Source: Alphaproteobacteria bacterium
Lineage (GTDB): Bacteria; Pseudomonadota; Alphaproteobacteria; MPNO01; UBA830
Length of the DNA stretch: 64,000 nucleotides
Assembly: GCA_965243135.1 (NCBI GenBank)
Contig: OZ251539.1
Span: 2,016,001-2,080,000, forward strand
Direction: 5' to 3'
Shown here: in pieces, positions 9,264-19,648 of the stretch
Position numbering within the stretch: the stretch's first letter is position 1
Layout: the number at the start of each line of letters is the position of its first letter
Translations under genes and position numbers: made by a program
Notes under the pieces: model-generated
Seen by the model: the letters and a program-made list of their open reading frames with translations, nothing else
Databases searched by the model: none
What the model was told of the DNA's origin: nothing

Positions 9264-9400
9264 GGTCGTGTGAAGGGCGACACGGCCCGACACGTCGACA
9301 GTTTCAAGCAGTGCGCGGACGGCGGCGGTCTCTCCGCCTTCAAAGCCGATGCTGGCGAAGCCCGTGTTGTGCTCGACCAGGGTTGCGATTTCGGTGGAGC
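9264..9400 (-). pseudogene. ISAs1-family transposase remnant, upstream part
   Basis: ATLVEHNTG...GGETAAVRALLETVDVSGRVALHTT joins in frame to KDTA on the other side of the inserted IS. Confidence 0.7.
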
Positions 9401-9814
9401 CGGTGCGGTTGGCCCGGGCGCTTGCCGTCCCGCGCCGCCGACATGCGCTTCCCGCAGGTTGGCAGCCCGTTCATCGCCGGCGGCGCCTCGCAGAGGCGGC
9501 GGCGCTCCGTCCCCGCTTCGCAATCTTCGGCAAAGGAAAGGCCCGGGCCGTCGCCGGGCGTCGCGTCGCCGCCGCCATTCTCGCGCGGCGTCGCCGTTCC
9601 CGGGCGCCCGCCCCTCGCGGCAGGCTTCCAGGCTTGCCTGCGAGGCATCGCCGCGCCGCCGCGCGCGGACGGAAAACAGCCGGTCTCGCGACCGCCGTCC
9701 CGTCTCGGCCACCCGGACGGCGACTCCTTGCGCGCCGGGTCCGCTGACGACGGCGCCCCCGACGGCGCCCAACCTCTCCGCCGCATCCCTCCCGCGCGAG
9801 GCGGCCTTCGCCAT

Positions 9815-9930
9815 CGTCGATCCTGACTTCTATTTTGGCGCTCTCGACCTTGATTTCGCCGCGGAGCTGCGCCGCGGTCTTGTCGATCTTGGCGTCGAGT
9901 TTGACTTCGAGCTGCGCGATGTCGGCGTCG
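9815..9930 (-). pseudogene. internal fragment of a DUF1640-like coiled-coil gene
   Basis: closely matches the stalk repeats at ~3660-3930 (DIAQLEVKLDAKIDKTAAQLRGEIK). Confidence 0.75.
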
Positions 9931-10031
9931 AGCCGAAGCGGGAAAGGTGTGTCGCGACGGCTGGTCCCTTGGCAACGATGCTATCTCGACGCGCCTTTCG
10001 CAAAGGGCAGCCACCTTGGCGGGAATTTCTG
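9931..10031 (+). mobile_element. orphan ~100-bp terminal fragment of the 7615-9263 IS, inverted
   Basis: diverged reverse complement of 7615-7715, ending CCTTGGCGGGAATTTCTG. Confidence 0.85.
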
Positions 10032-10145
10032 ATCGATCTCCCGCTTGACCGCGTGCAACAAGTCCGGCTCGCGTTGCGCTTCGTCCAAGGTGACTGGCAA
10101 CGGCCCGCCAACGAACGCCTCCGGCTCGCCATGCCGTTCCGGCGC
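10032..10145 (-). pseudogene. fragment of an AAA_14/DUF4143-type ATPase
   Basis: EPEAFVGGPLPVTLDEAQREPDLLHAVKREID (Walker B region), cut by the IS end. Confidence 0.55.
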
Positions 10146-10421
10146 GCGACCTCGGACGCTTGCGCTTCCCCCTACCGGACTTCCGCTCTTTCGGAAGGCG
10201 GCGACCGGGCGTAAAGGCTTTGTCCCGCAAGGAATTCGGCTATAATCCCGGCGTCGGCGAAAAGGAAGGATCAGGCAGGATTCGAAGGTTGGCGGGCCGG
10301 TCGCCGCGGCTGACGCGCCGTCAAGCCGGAAAGTTGCTGTCGCGACCATGCACGACATTTCTTCCGGCCTCGCCGCCGGGCGGAAACGGCTCCGCCCGGC
10401 GCGCCGCTCGTATGCGGCGGA

Positions 10422-11321
10422 TTGGACGGAATCTTGAACCAGACGTCCGGCATCCCCGCCTACACCCCGAAACACGACAATGTCCGGGGCATCGTCTGGA
10501 TGCTGTTGGCCGTCGTCACGCTGACCTCGATGTTCGCCGTCATCAAGCAGATGACGCTGGAATTGCCGGTATTCGTCGTCGCGCTGTCCCGAACCTTCTT
10601 CTCTCTTTGCCTCCTGCTCCCGTGGCTCGTCAGATCGGGAGTGGCGGCGATTCGGACGGCGCGCCTGACCACTCACTTCCTGCGCGCGATCTGCGGAACC
10701 GCAGCTTTCGTCCTCGTCGTCTTTTCTCTGGAACGCCTGATTCTGGCGGACGCCATGGTTCTGGCCTTCACCTCGCCGTTCTGGTCGATCCTCATTTCCG
10801 CGATCGCTCTGGGGGAAGCCGTCCGGGGGCACCGCGTCGCCGCCACGGCTGCCGGATTTTGCGGCGTCTTGATGATCGTCAAGCCGCAGGGCGACTTCGA
10901 ACCCGCGATGCTGCTGGCCTTGGGCAGCGCTTTGATGACGTCCACTGCGATGATCACCATGAAACGCCTCTCCTCTACCGAACCGCCGACGCGCATCGTG
11001 TTCTATTTCATGCTTTTCGGATCGTTGGCGCTCCTTCCTCCCGCCGTCGCCACGTGGCAAACCCCGGATTCCGGTCAACTCGCGTGGCTTCTTCTCGCAG
11101 GTCTGCTCGGGGCGGTCGGACAGGCTTTTCTGGCTCGCGCCTACGACGCCGGCGAAGTGAGCGTCGTCGCGCCTTTCGACTTCGTTCGCCTGCCGGTCGC
11201 GGCGGTCCTGGGATATCTCGTTTTCCGCGAACTGCCCGACTTCTGGTCGATCTCTGGAACGACGGTCATCGTGGCGTCCGCGATATATCTGCTGCGACGG
11301 GGCGCGAAGGACCGCGGATAA
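10422..11321 (+). CDS. DMT/EamA family transporter
   Basis: about ten hydrophobic helices, two EamA repeats, ALGEAV and VVAPFDF motifs; start uncertain. Confidence 0.9.
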   Translation: MDGILNQTSGIPAYTPKHDNVRGIVWMLLAVVTLTSMFAVIKQMTLELPVFVVALSRTFFSLCLLLPWLVRSGVAAIRTARLTTHFLRAICGTAAFVLVVFSLERLILADAMVLAFTSPFWSILISAIALGEAVRGHRVAATAAGFCGVLMIVKPQGDFEPAMLLALGSALMTSTAMITMKRLSSTEPPTRIVFYFMLFGSLALLPPAVATWQTPDSGQLAWLLLAGLLGAVGQAFLARAYDAGEVSVVAPFDFVRLPVAAVLGYLVFRELPDFWSISGTTVIVASAIYLLRRGAKDRG

Positions 11322-11365
11322 CGCCCTGAAACCCCGCCCCGTCCGTCAGCAAACGGCCGCAAGCG

Positions 11366-12670
11366 TTACCCCCGCTCGTGCACCAGCTTGCCGTCGGCAT
11401 AGGTCGCTCGCACCGCGCGTTCGTCCGCCAGGACGATCTGGGCGAAGAGCGTTTCGCTCAAGCTCTCCGCGCGGTCCACCCGCTGGCGGACCATGGGCGT
11501 CGACCGCAGATCGAGAACCGTCAGATCGGCTTCGTAGCCCGGCGCGACGCGTCCGATCCGATCGCCGAGGGACAATGCCTCCGCCGCGCCGGAGGTGCAC
11601 AGCCAGTACGCCTCTTCAGGATTCAGCGCATGGCCGTTGAGTTGCGCGATCTGGTAGGCCGCTCTCATGGTCGAAAAAGGAGACAGCGAGACGCCGCCTC
11701 CGACGTCGCTTCCGAAAAGAACGCCAATCCCCATTTTGCGCGCCGAAGCGAGGTCGAACAGCCCGCTGCCCATGAACAGATTCGAAGTCGGGCAGTGGAC
11801 GAGTCGCGACCGGCTGTCGGCGACCTGGGCGAAGTCGCGGCCGTCCATATGGATCGCGTGACCCAGCAAGGTCAGCGGGCCGAGCAATCCGAAGCGTCCG
11901 TAAACATCCAGATAAGAGCGCGCCTGCGGGAATAGCTCCCCGACCCAACGCACTTCCTCGTCGTTTTCGGAGACGTGGGTTTGAAGATAGACCCCGGCGC
12001 TTTCCCGAAGCAGCGCGCTGCACGCTTCAAGCTGCGCGGAGGTGCTGGTGGGCGCGAAGCGCGGCGTCACTGCGTAGAGACTCCGCCCGCGCCCGTGCCA
12101 ACGCCGAATGAGCGCGGCGCTGTCGTCGTACCCAAGTTGCGCAGTATCGCGCAGGTTGCGGGGCGCATTCCGGTCCATCAGGACCTTGCCCGCGATCATG
12201 CGCAGACCGCGCGCCTCCGCCTCCTCGAAAAACGCGTCGACCGACCCCGGATGAACCGTGCAGTAGACCGCCGCCGTCGTAACTCCGTTCGCCAACAGCT
12301 CGTCGAGAAAGAACTTCGCTCTGCCGCGCGCATACGCCAAGTCGGCGAACCGCGCTTCTTCCGGAAACGTGTAGGTTTCCAGCCATTGCAGCAATTGCGC
12401 TCCGAAGGAAGCGATCACGCCGATCTGCGGATAATGAACGTGCGCATCGACGAAGCCGGGCAGGATCAGGTGATCGCCGTAATCGTGGCTTGTCGCGCCT
12501 TTGGAAAAGCGGCCGGGAAGCGATCTTCGCTCTCCGGCCCACAAGATCTTGCCGGCCTCCACGGCGACGGCGCCATCTTCCCTGTAGACGACCGCATCCG
12601 GGTTCTTCGAGGGGTCGCCGTCAAACGACAGGATCCGGCCCGTCAGAACGAGGCGGCGAACGTCGTTCAC
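11366..12670 (-). CDS. guaD: guanine deaminase
   Basis: PGFVDAHVHYPQ, YAVTPRFAPTS, QTHVSEN, HCPTSNLF, GSDVGGG. Confidence 0.95.
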   Translation of the reverse strand: MNDVRRLVLTGRILSFDGDPSKNPDAVVYREDGAVAVEAGKILWAGERRSLPGRFSKGATSHDYGDHLILPGFVDAHVHYPQIGVIASFGAQLLQWLETYTFPEEARFADLAYARGRAKFFLDELLANGVTTAAVYCTVHPGSVDAFFEEAEARGLRMIAGKVLMDRNAPRNLRDTAQLGYDDSAALIRRWHGRGRSLYAVTPRFAPTSTSAQLEACSALLRESAGVYLQTHVSENDEEVRWVGELFPQARSYLDVYGRFGLLGPLTLLGHAIHMDGRDFAQVADSRSRLVHCPTSNLFMGSGLFDLASARKMGIGVLFGSDVGGGVSLSPFSTMRAAYQIAQLNGHALNPEEAYWLCTSGAAEALSLGDRIGRVAPGYEADLTVLDLRSTPMVRQRVDRAESLSETLFAQIVLADERAVRATYADGKLVHERG

Positions 12671-12730
12671 CTTGCGCAGCGCCTCGAGGCCCCCGGGACG
12701 ACGGCGCGCGCCGCCGCCCCGGGCGGCAGC

Positions 12731-13798
12731 CTATTTCGGTATGCTGCCGTCCACGCCCTCGACGTAGACGTTCATGCCGACCAGCATCTTGTCGCTGGCG
12801 GTCTCGCCATTCTTGACGATCACCTTGCCGGATTGATCCTTGATTTCACCCGCGAACGGATGAATCGTGCCGGCGATGATGCCCTTCCGGGTTTCTTCCG
12901 CGAGGGCCACGACGTCGGCCGGAATGGCCTTGTTGTAGGCGGCGAGCCGCACCATCCCCTGTTTCAGGCCATCCCAGGTATCCGTCGACTTCCAGCTGCC
13001 GTCGAGCGCCGCCTTGGTCCGCTCGATGTAGTACGGATTCCAATCGTCGATGATTGCGGTCAGATGCGCCTTCGGGCCGAAGCTGACCATATCGGACGCC
13101 TGACCGACCGCCCAGACGCCGCGCTGCTCCGCGACCTGGATCGGCGCCGGCGAATCCGTATGCTGCATGATCACGTCGGCGCCCTGATCGATCAGCGTCT
13201 TGGCCGCGTCCGCTTCCTTGCCCGGATCGAACCAGGTCGAAACCCACACAACCTTGATCTTGATGTCCGGATTGACCGAACGGGCCGCCAGTATCGTCGC
13301 ATTTATGCCGCGGATGACCTCCGGGATCGGGAAGGACGCCACGTAACCGAGGATATTGGCCTTGGTCATCTTGCCCACGATCTTGCCGACCACGTAGCGC
13401 CCCTCGTAGAACCGCGCCGAATAAGTCGACATATTCGCCGCCCGCTTGAAGCCGGTGGCGTGTTCGAACTTCACCTTCGGAAATTTCTTGGCGACGCGGA
13501 GAGTCGGGTTCATGTAGCCGAAGGACGTGGTGAAGATCAGGCTATGGCCCGTCGAGGCCAGTTTGGTGATCACGCGCTGGGCGTCCGCTCCTTCCGGAAC
13601 GCTTTCCACGTAGGTCGTGGAAACCTTCGCGCCAAGCGCCTTTTCAACCGCGAGGCGTCCCACGTTGTGCTGATAGGTCCAGCCGTGATCGCCGATCGGT
13701 CCCACGTATACGAAGCCGACCTTCAGTTGCGCCTGGGCCGCGGTCGAGATGCCGGCGGCGGCGACGAGCGCCGCGACGATATTCGCTGCTTTCCGCAT
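12731..13798 (-). CDS. BMP-family ABC transporter substrate-binding protein (purine/nucleoside)
   Basis: signal peptide, KVGFVYVGPIGDHGWTYQH, TWFDPGKE, QHTDSPA. Confidence 0.93.
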   Translation of the reverse strand: MRKAANIVAALVAAAGISTAAQAQLKVGFVYVGPIGDHGWTYQHNVGRLAVEKALGAKVSTTYVESVPEGADAQRVITKLASTGHSLIFTTSFGYMNPTLRVAKKFPKVKFEHATGFKRAANMSTYSARFYEGRYVVGKIVGKMTKANILGYVASFPIPEVIRGINATILAARSVNPDIKIKVVWVSTWFDPGKEADAAKTLIDQGADVIMQHTDSPAPIQVAEQRGVWAVGQASDMVSFGPKAHLTAIIDDWNPYYIERTKAALDGSWKSTDTWDGLKQGMVRLAAYNKAIPADVVALAEETRKGIIAGTIHPFAGEIKDQSGKVIVKNGETASDKMLVGMNVYVEGVDGSIPK

Positions 13799-13828
13799 GT
13801 CCGTCTCCTTGCGAGCTGGGAATGAGCC

Positions 13829-14755
13829 TCACCCCGTTACATGAAAATTCTTGCCCAGGCAAGCCGGCGCGCTGAGTCTGGCCTTGATTTCGTCCCGCGC
13901 GATGACGACGAGCACCAGGATCGTCGCCAGATACGGCAACATCGACAGAAACTGCGCCGGCACGTCGACGCCCATGCCCTGCGCGTAAAGCTGAACTATC
14001 GTGATGCCGCCGAACAAGTAGGCGCCGAAAAACGCCCGCCAGGGCTTCCACGACGCGAAAACGACGAGCGCAAGCGCGATCCAGCCGCGACCCGCCGTCA
14101 TGTTTTCCACCCAGAGCGGGGTATACGCGACGGACAGGTACGCGCCGCCGATACCCGCCATGGCGCCTCCGAACAGGACCGCCCCCAGCCGGATCAACGC
14201 GACCGGATAACCGATGGAATGCGCGGCGTCGTGGTTCTCCCCGACGGCTCGGAGCGTCAAACCGGCTCGCGTCCTGTCCAGGAACCACGCTACGAAAACG
14301 ACGGCGGCGATGGAAAGATAGACCAATGCGTCGTGGCCGAACAGCAACGGTCCCGCGACGGGGATCGACGTGACGCCGGGAATGTCCAGCTTGGGCAGGC
14401 CGGAGAACGTCTTGCCGACATAGTCGTGTCCGGCGAGAGCGCTGAGACCGAGCCCGAAAATGGTCAGCGCGAGCCCCGTCGCTACCTGGTTGGATTGCAG
14501 GTAGATCGTTAGCAACCCGAAGACGAGAGACAGCGCCAGTCCGGCCGCCGCTCCCGCGATCACGGCGAGAACGCCGCTTCCCGTGGAGACCGCGACCGCG
14601 AACGCCGCGATCGCCCCGATGATCATCATGCCTTCGATGCCGAGATTGAGGACGCCGGATTTCTCGACCACCGCCTCGCCGACGGCCGCGAACACCAGCG
14701 GCGTCGCCGCCGTGACGATGGTGAGCATTGCCGGAATCAGCCAGTCGACGCTCAC
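13829..14755 (-). CDS. ABC transporter permease
   Basis: EKSGVLNLGIEGMM, RAVGEN, GRGWIALALVVF; GTG start overlaps the upstream stop. Confidence 0.92.
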   Translation of the reverse strand: MSVDWLIPAMLTIVTAATPLVFAAVGEAVVEKSGVLNLGIEGMMIIGAIAAFAVAVSTGSGVLAVIAGAAAGLALSLVFGLLTIYLQSNQVATGLALTIFGLGLSALAGHDYVGKTFSGLPKLDIPGVTSIPVAGPLLFGHDALVYLSIAAVVFVAWFLDRTRAGLTLRAVGENHDAAHSIGYPVALIRLGAVLFGGAMAGIGGAYLSVAYTPLWVENMTAGRGWIALALVVFASWKPWRAFFGAYLFGGITIVQLYAQGMGVDVPAQFLSMLPYLATILVLVVIARDEIKARLSAPACLGKNFHVTG

Positions 14756-15834
14756 TCGACGATCCCCCTCGCCGTCGATCGCCGGGCGACGCGGACGCGG
14801 TACCTGATGAGAACGTCGCACGCCAGCAGAAAGAACAGGAGCATGCCCTGAAAAACGCCGGTGACGGCATTCGGCAGGTTCATCGTGATCTGCGCGGAAT
14901 CGCCTCCGAGATAGGTCAGCGCCATCAGCAAGCCGGCGAACAATACGCCGACGGGATGAAGCCGTCCGAGAAACGCGACGATGATCGCCGTGAAACCGTA
15001 GCCGGGCGAAATCGAGGGTACGATCTGTCCGATCGCGCCCGCCACCTCGATCACGCCGGCAAGCCCGGCGCAACCTCCCGATACCAGCAACGTAAGCCAG
15101 ACGAGACGCGGTTCCTTGAACCCGGCGAATCCTGCCGCGAGCGGCGCCATGCCGACTACCTTGATCTGAAAACCGATAACGTGGCGGGCGATCAAAACCC
15201 ACCCTGCCGCCACCGCCAGCAGCGCCAGCAACGCGCCTGCGTTCAATCGCGTCTCCGCGACGAGGACCGGCAGCGTCGCCGCGTCGTGAAACAGGCGCGA
15301 TTCGGGAAAGTTGAAGCCCTCCGGGTCCTTCCACGGCCCGTGAACGAGGTAACTGAGCGCCAGCAGCGCGACGTAGGTCATCATCAGGCTGGTAAGAATC
15401 TCGTTCGTATTCCACCGAATTCTGAGAAACGCCGGGACGGCCGCCCATGCGACGCCGCCCAGAACGCCGGCCGCCAACATGACCGGCAGCAGAAGAACGC
15501 TCGCGTGGTCGTAGAAGGCGAGAGCGAGTCCGCCGCCGGCGAGCGCGCCGATCGTCAGTTGGCCTTCCGCTCCGATGTTCCAGACGTTCGCCTGAAAGCC
15601 GAGAGAAAGGCCGACGCCGATCAGGATCAACGGCGTCGCCTTCACGCACAGTTCGGCGAGGCCGTCGAGCGTGGAAACGGGATCGATGAAGAACGCGCCG
15701 ATCGCCTTGACGGGATCGACCCCGAGCAGACCGAACATCGCCATCGAGGTAGCGACCGTCAGAACCACCGCGATCGCCGGCGAAGCGTAAATCATCGCGC
15801 GCGACGGTTCGGGTCTGCGCTCAAGTTCGAGCAT
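14752..15834 (-). CDS. ABC transporter permease
   Basis: WNIGAEGQ, NEILTSLM, GYGFTAIIVAFLGRLHP. Confidence 0.93.
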   Translation of the reverse strand: MLELERRPEPSRAMIYASPAIAVVLTVATSMAMFGLLGVDPVKAIGAFFIDPVSTLDGLAELCVKATPLILIGVGLSLGFQANVWNIGAEGQLTIGALAGGGLALAFYDHASVLLLPVMLAAGVLGGVAWAAVPAFLRIRWNTNEILTSLMMTYVALLALSYLVHGPWKDPEGFNFPESRLFHDAATLPVLVAETRLNAGALLALLAVAAGWVLIARHVIGFQIKVVGMAPLAAGFAGFKEPRLVWLTLLVSGGCAGLAGVIEVAGAIGQIVPSISPGYGFTAIIVAFLGRLHPVGVLFAGLLMALTYLGGDSAQITMNLPNAVTGVFQGMLLFFLLACDVLIRYRVRVARRSTARGIVE

Positions 15835-17341
15835 CGTTCTCTCCGTCGAGGCCGGCCATCAGCAGCCCGATCTCCTCGACAGTGACCTCGTCGACGGGAC
15901 GGGTCGCCGACAGGCGGCCTTCGCAAATCACCGCGATGCGGTCGGAAACCTCGAACAGCTCTTCCAGATCCTGGGAAATCACGAGAACCGCGGCGCCCCG
16001 AGATGCGAGATCCAGAAGGGACTGACGTATGGACGCCGCCGAACCTGCGTCGACCCCCCAGGTCGGCTGCAACGCCACTATGATGCCCGGATCCTGCAGG
16101 ATTTCCCGGCCGACGATGAACTTCTGGAGATTGCCGCCTGAAAGGCTTCCGGCGCCGTGGTTCACGCCCGTCGCCTTGACGCGAAATTTTCCGATCACTT
16201 TATCGGCGTAGCGGCGGGAAGCCGGAATGTCGATGAAGCCCCCGCGCATCAGGCCCATCCGCTTCGCCGCCGAAAGAAAACCGTTCTCCCAAATCGACAG
16301 CTCCGCCACCGCGCCGCGGCCGAGGCGCTCTTCCGGAACCAGTCCCATCGCCGCCAGGCGGCGTTCGATCGGCCCCATCGTCCCCGCCGGCGCGCCGTCG
16401 ATGCGGATCGCGGCGGCGTCGTCCGCGATCGCCTCGCCGGTCAGCAACTCCATCAACTCGCGCTGGCCGTTGCCCGCAATGCCGGCGACGCCGACCACTT
16501 CGCCCTCGCGGACCGCGAGATTGATGGATTGGAGGCTCGTCCCGTGGGCGGACGCGACGGTCAGGTTCGCGAGTTCAAGCTTGACGCCGCCGACCGGACG
16601 GCGTCCCGCGCGAGCCGGACTGACCAGATTCTCGCCCATCATCATTTCGGCGAGCGACCGCGCGGTCTGCTCCGCCGGCCTGCAGTCGGCGACGACCTCT
16701 CCCATGCGCATTATGGTGGCCGTATGGCAGAGCGCCCTGATCTCTTCCAACTTGTGCGAGATGTAAAGGATCGAAACCCCCTCGCCGGCCAGCCGCCGCA
16801 ACGTGCCGAACAGTTCCGCCGCCTCCTGCGGCGTGAGGACCGACGTGGGTTCGTCCATGATCAGCAATCTGGGATGCTGGAGCAGGCACCGCACGACCTC
16901 GATCCGTTGCCGTTCTCCGACGGACAGGGTATGGACGTAACGGTCGGGGTCGAGAGGCAGCCCGTACTGCGCGGATACGTCGCGAATGCGCCCGGCCAGG
17001 TCGCCGGCGGCGAGTTTCGACGAAATCCCGAGCGCCACGTTCTCCTCGACCGTCATCGCTTCGAACAGGGAAAAGTGCTGGAACACCATGCCGATGCCGA
17101 GTCTGCGCGCCGCCGCGGGACTGGCGATCCTGATTTCCTTCCCCTCCCAGAGCATTCGTCCGGCGTCGGCCTTCTGCACGCCGTAAATGAATTTCACCAG
17201 CGTCGATTTGCCTGCGCCGTTTTCGCCGAGCAAGGCGTGTATTTCCCCGGGCATGACCCTGAGACCGACATTCCTGTTGGCGACGACGCCGGGATAGGCT
17301 TTCGTCACCCCGATCAGCTCGAGACGCGGCGCCTCCGCCAT
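15821..17341 (-). CDS. ABC transporter ATP-binding protein (two NBDs)
   Basis: GENGAGKST, LSVGERQR, LSGGNLQK. Confidence 0.94.
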   Translation of the reverse strand: MAEAPRLELIGVTKAYPGVVANRNVGLRVMPGEIHALLGENGAGKSTLVKFIYGVQKADAGRMLWEGKEIRIASPAAARRLGIGMVFQHFSLFEAMTVEENVALGISSKLAAGDLAGRIRDVSAQYGLPLDPDRYVHTLSVGERQRIEVVRCLLQHPRLLIMDEPTSVLTPQEAAELFGTLRRLAGEGVSILYISHKLEEIRALCHTATIMRMGEVVADCRPAEQTARSLAEMMMGENLVSPARAGRRPVGGVKLELANLTVASAHGTSLQSINLAVREGEVVGVAGIAGNGQRELMELLTGEAIADDAAAIRIDGAPAGTMGPIERRLAAMGLVPEERLGRGAVAELSIWENGFLSAAKRMGLMRGGFIDIPASRRYADKVIGKFRVKATGVNHGAGSLSGGNLQKFIVGREILQDPGIIVALQPTWGVDAGSAASIRQSLLDLASRGAAVLVISQDLEELFEVSDRIAVICEGRLSATRPVDEVTVEEIGLLMAGLDGENDART

Positions 17342-17342
17342 G

Positions 17343-19646
17343 TCAGGCCGGCCGTCCGGCATCTTCCAGCGCCCGCAGGACGGCTTCGGCCGTGGCCGGC
17401 GCGTCCAGCCTGGGCAGGACTCCGTTTCCCGCGGCGCGGCCGACGGCGTCCCGGATGGCGAGCCACGCCGCGATGGCGAGCATCAGCGGAGGTTCGCCGA
17501 CCGCCTTGGACCTGAAGATCGTCGGCGCGGGATTGGGCGCGTCCTCGAGGATGTGCACCCTGAAGCGCGGCGGGACGTCGCGGCTGCCCGGAATCTTGTA
17601 GGTCGAAGGTCCGTGCGTCATCAGCCGCCCCTTTTCGTCCCACACGAGTTCCTCCGAAGTAAGCCAGCCCATGCCCTGCACGAAACCTCCCTCGATCTGG
17701 CCAAGGTCGACGGCGGGGTTGAGGGAGGAGCCGCAGTCCTGCAGAATGTCGGCCGCCAGCACGCGCGACTCGCCGGTCAGGGTATCGACGACGACCTCGG
17801 CTATGCAAGCTCCGTAAGTGAAATAGTAAAACGGGCTGCCGGTCATGGTTTCCGCGTTCCAGTGAATGTCCGGCGTGCGGTAATATCCCTCGGCCGAAAG
17901 CGACGCCCGGGAGCGCCAGGCGAGTTCCGCGGTCTCGGCGAACGACAGGCTATCGTTGCCCGCGTACACCCTGTTGCGGCGGAATTCGACGGCGCCGGGC
18001 GCGACTCCGAAATGTTCCGCCGCGACTCTCGCCATTCGCGCCTTGATTTCCGAGGCCGCGTTGAAGGCGGCCATCCCGTTGAGATCCGATCCTGCCGACG
18101 CGGCCGTCGCCGTCGTGTTCGGCACCTTGTCCGTTCGCGTCGCCGAGACCCCGACGTTTTCGACGTCGATCTGGAAGGTCGAAGCGACCACCTGCGCGAC
18201 CTTCACGAACAGCCCCTGCCCCATTTCGGTGCCGCCGTGGTTCAGGTGAACGCTGCCGTCGGTATAGACGTGGACCAGCGCGCCGGCCTGGTTGAGAGTC
18301 GGAATATTGAAGGAGATCCCGAACTTGGCGGGCATCAGCGCGATACCCTTCTTCAGAGTTACGTGGCTCGCATTGAAGGCCGTCACGGCGCGCTTGCGGC
18401 CCGCGTAATCCGCTTCGCGAACGAGCTTGTCCACCATCTCCTCGATGATGTTGTCCTTCACCTCCTGGCCGTAAGGCGTGAGGTTGCGGTTCCGTTTTCC
18501 GTACCAGTTGATCGCCCGGACCTCGTCGACCTCCTTTCGCAGGTGGCGCGCGACGTGCTCGATCGCGGTCTCGATGACGAGCATGCCTTGCGGTCCGCCG
18601 AATCCGCGGAACGCGGTGTTGGAAACGGTATTGGTCTTGCAGGGCCAGCCGCGAAGGAGCGCGGCGGGCAGAAAATACGCGTTGTCCGCATGGCAGAGCG
18701 CGCGCGCGAGAACGCCTCCCGACAGGTCCGCGACGTTGCCCGACCGCGCCGCGAGGTCGATCACGACGCCTTCGATGCGTCCCCGTTCGTCGAAGCCGAT
18801 CTCGTAGCGGAAGAGGAAATCGTGCCGCTTCCCGGTCGCCACCATGTCGTCGTCGCGACGAAGGCGCAGTTTGACCGGCCTGCCGCATCGATGCGCGAGC
18901 GCCGCGGATATGGCGGCGACGATCGTCGCCTGGCTTTCCTTTCCGCCGAACGCGCCGCCCATGCGCCGCACCTCGACGGTCACCGCGTTGCGCGGAATGC
19001 CGAGCACGTGACTTACGCCGTGCTGCACTTCCGAGGGGTGCTGCGTGGACGACAGAACGGTCATTTCCCGGTCCTCGCCGGGTATCGCCAGCGCAACCTG
19101 CCCTTCGAGATAGAAGTGGTCCTGACCGCCGCATCGCACTTCGCCGGACACCCTGTGCGCAGCCGAGGCGATCGCCTTCTCCGCGTCGCCGCGGACGATC
19201 CTCGAAGGCGCGCAGGTGAACAGTTCCTTCTCCCATGCTTCCTCGATCGTCAGCACGGGAGTCAGCTCCTCGAAGGAGATTTGCACGAGCTTCGCTGCCG
19301 CGAACGCCTGATCGTACGTATCCGCCGCGACCGCCGCCAATGGCTGGCCCGCGTATTCCGCCGCGTATTCCGCCAATACCGGCTCGCCGGAGAATACCGG
19401 CGCGACGTCGTTGACGCCCGGAATGTCGGCCGCGGTCACGACCGCCGATACGCCGGGCGCTGCGGCCGCCGCCCCGACATCGATGGACAGGATGCGCGCA
19501 TGGGCATGCGGACTGAGGACCAGCGCCGCTTCCTGCGTTCCGGGCGGCGCCGCGACGTCGTCGATATAGGTCGCCGCGCCGGTCACGTGCTTGACCGCGC
19601 TTTCGTGGCGCACCTTCGAATGAACGGCGCCGGCGATGTCCGCCAT
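17343..19646 (-). CDS. xdhB: xanthine dehydrogenase molybdopterin-binding subunit
   Basis: HESAVKHVTG, QDHFYLEGQ, RRMGGAFGGKE, TAFRGFGGPQG, SKAVGEPP; true start at MADIAG. Confidence 0.95.
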   Translation of the reverse strand: MADIAGAVHSKVRHESAVKHVTGAATYIDDVAAPPGTQEAALVLSPHAHARILSIDVGAAAAAPGVSAVVTAADIPGVNDVAPVFSGEPVLAEYAAEYAGQPLAAVAADTYDQAFAAAKLVQISFEELTPVLTIEEAWEKELFTCAPSRIVRGDAEKAIASAAHRVSGEVRCGGQDHFYLEGQVALAIPGEDREMTVLSSTQHPSEVQHGVSHVLGIPRNAVTVEVRRMGGAFGGKESQATIVAAISAALAHRCGRPVKLRLRRDDDMVATGKRHDFLFRYEIGFDERGRIEGVVIDLAARSGNVADLSGGVLARALCHADNAYFLPAALLRGWPCKTNTVSNTAFRGFGGPQGMLVIETAIEHVARHLRKEVDEVRAINWYGKRNRNLTPYGQEVKDNIIEEMVDKLVREADYAGRKRAVTAFNASHVTLKKGIALMPAKFGISFNIPTLNQAGALVHVYTDGSVHLNHGGTEMGQGLFVKVAQVVASTFQIDVENVGVSATRTDKVPNTTATAASAGSDLNGMAAFNAASEIKARMARVAAEHFGVAPGAVEFRRNRVYAGNDSLSFAETAELAWRSRASLSAEGYYRTPDIHWNAETMTGSPFYYFTYGACIAEVVVDTLTGESRVLAADILQDCGSSLNPAVDLGQIEGGFVQGMGWLTSEELVWDEKGRLMTHGPSTYKIPGSRDVPPRFRVHILEDAPNPAPTIFRSKAVGEPPLMLAIAAWLAIRDAVGRAAGNGVLPRLDAPATAEAVLRALEDAGRPA

Positions 19647-19648
19647 GG

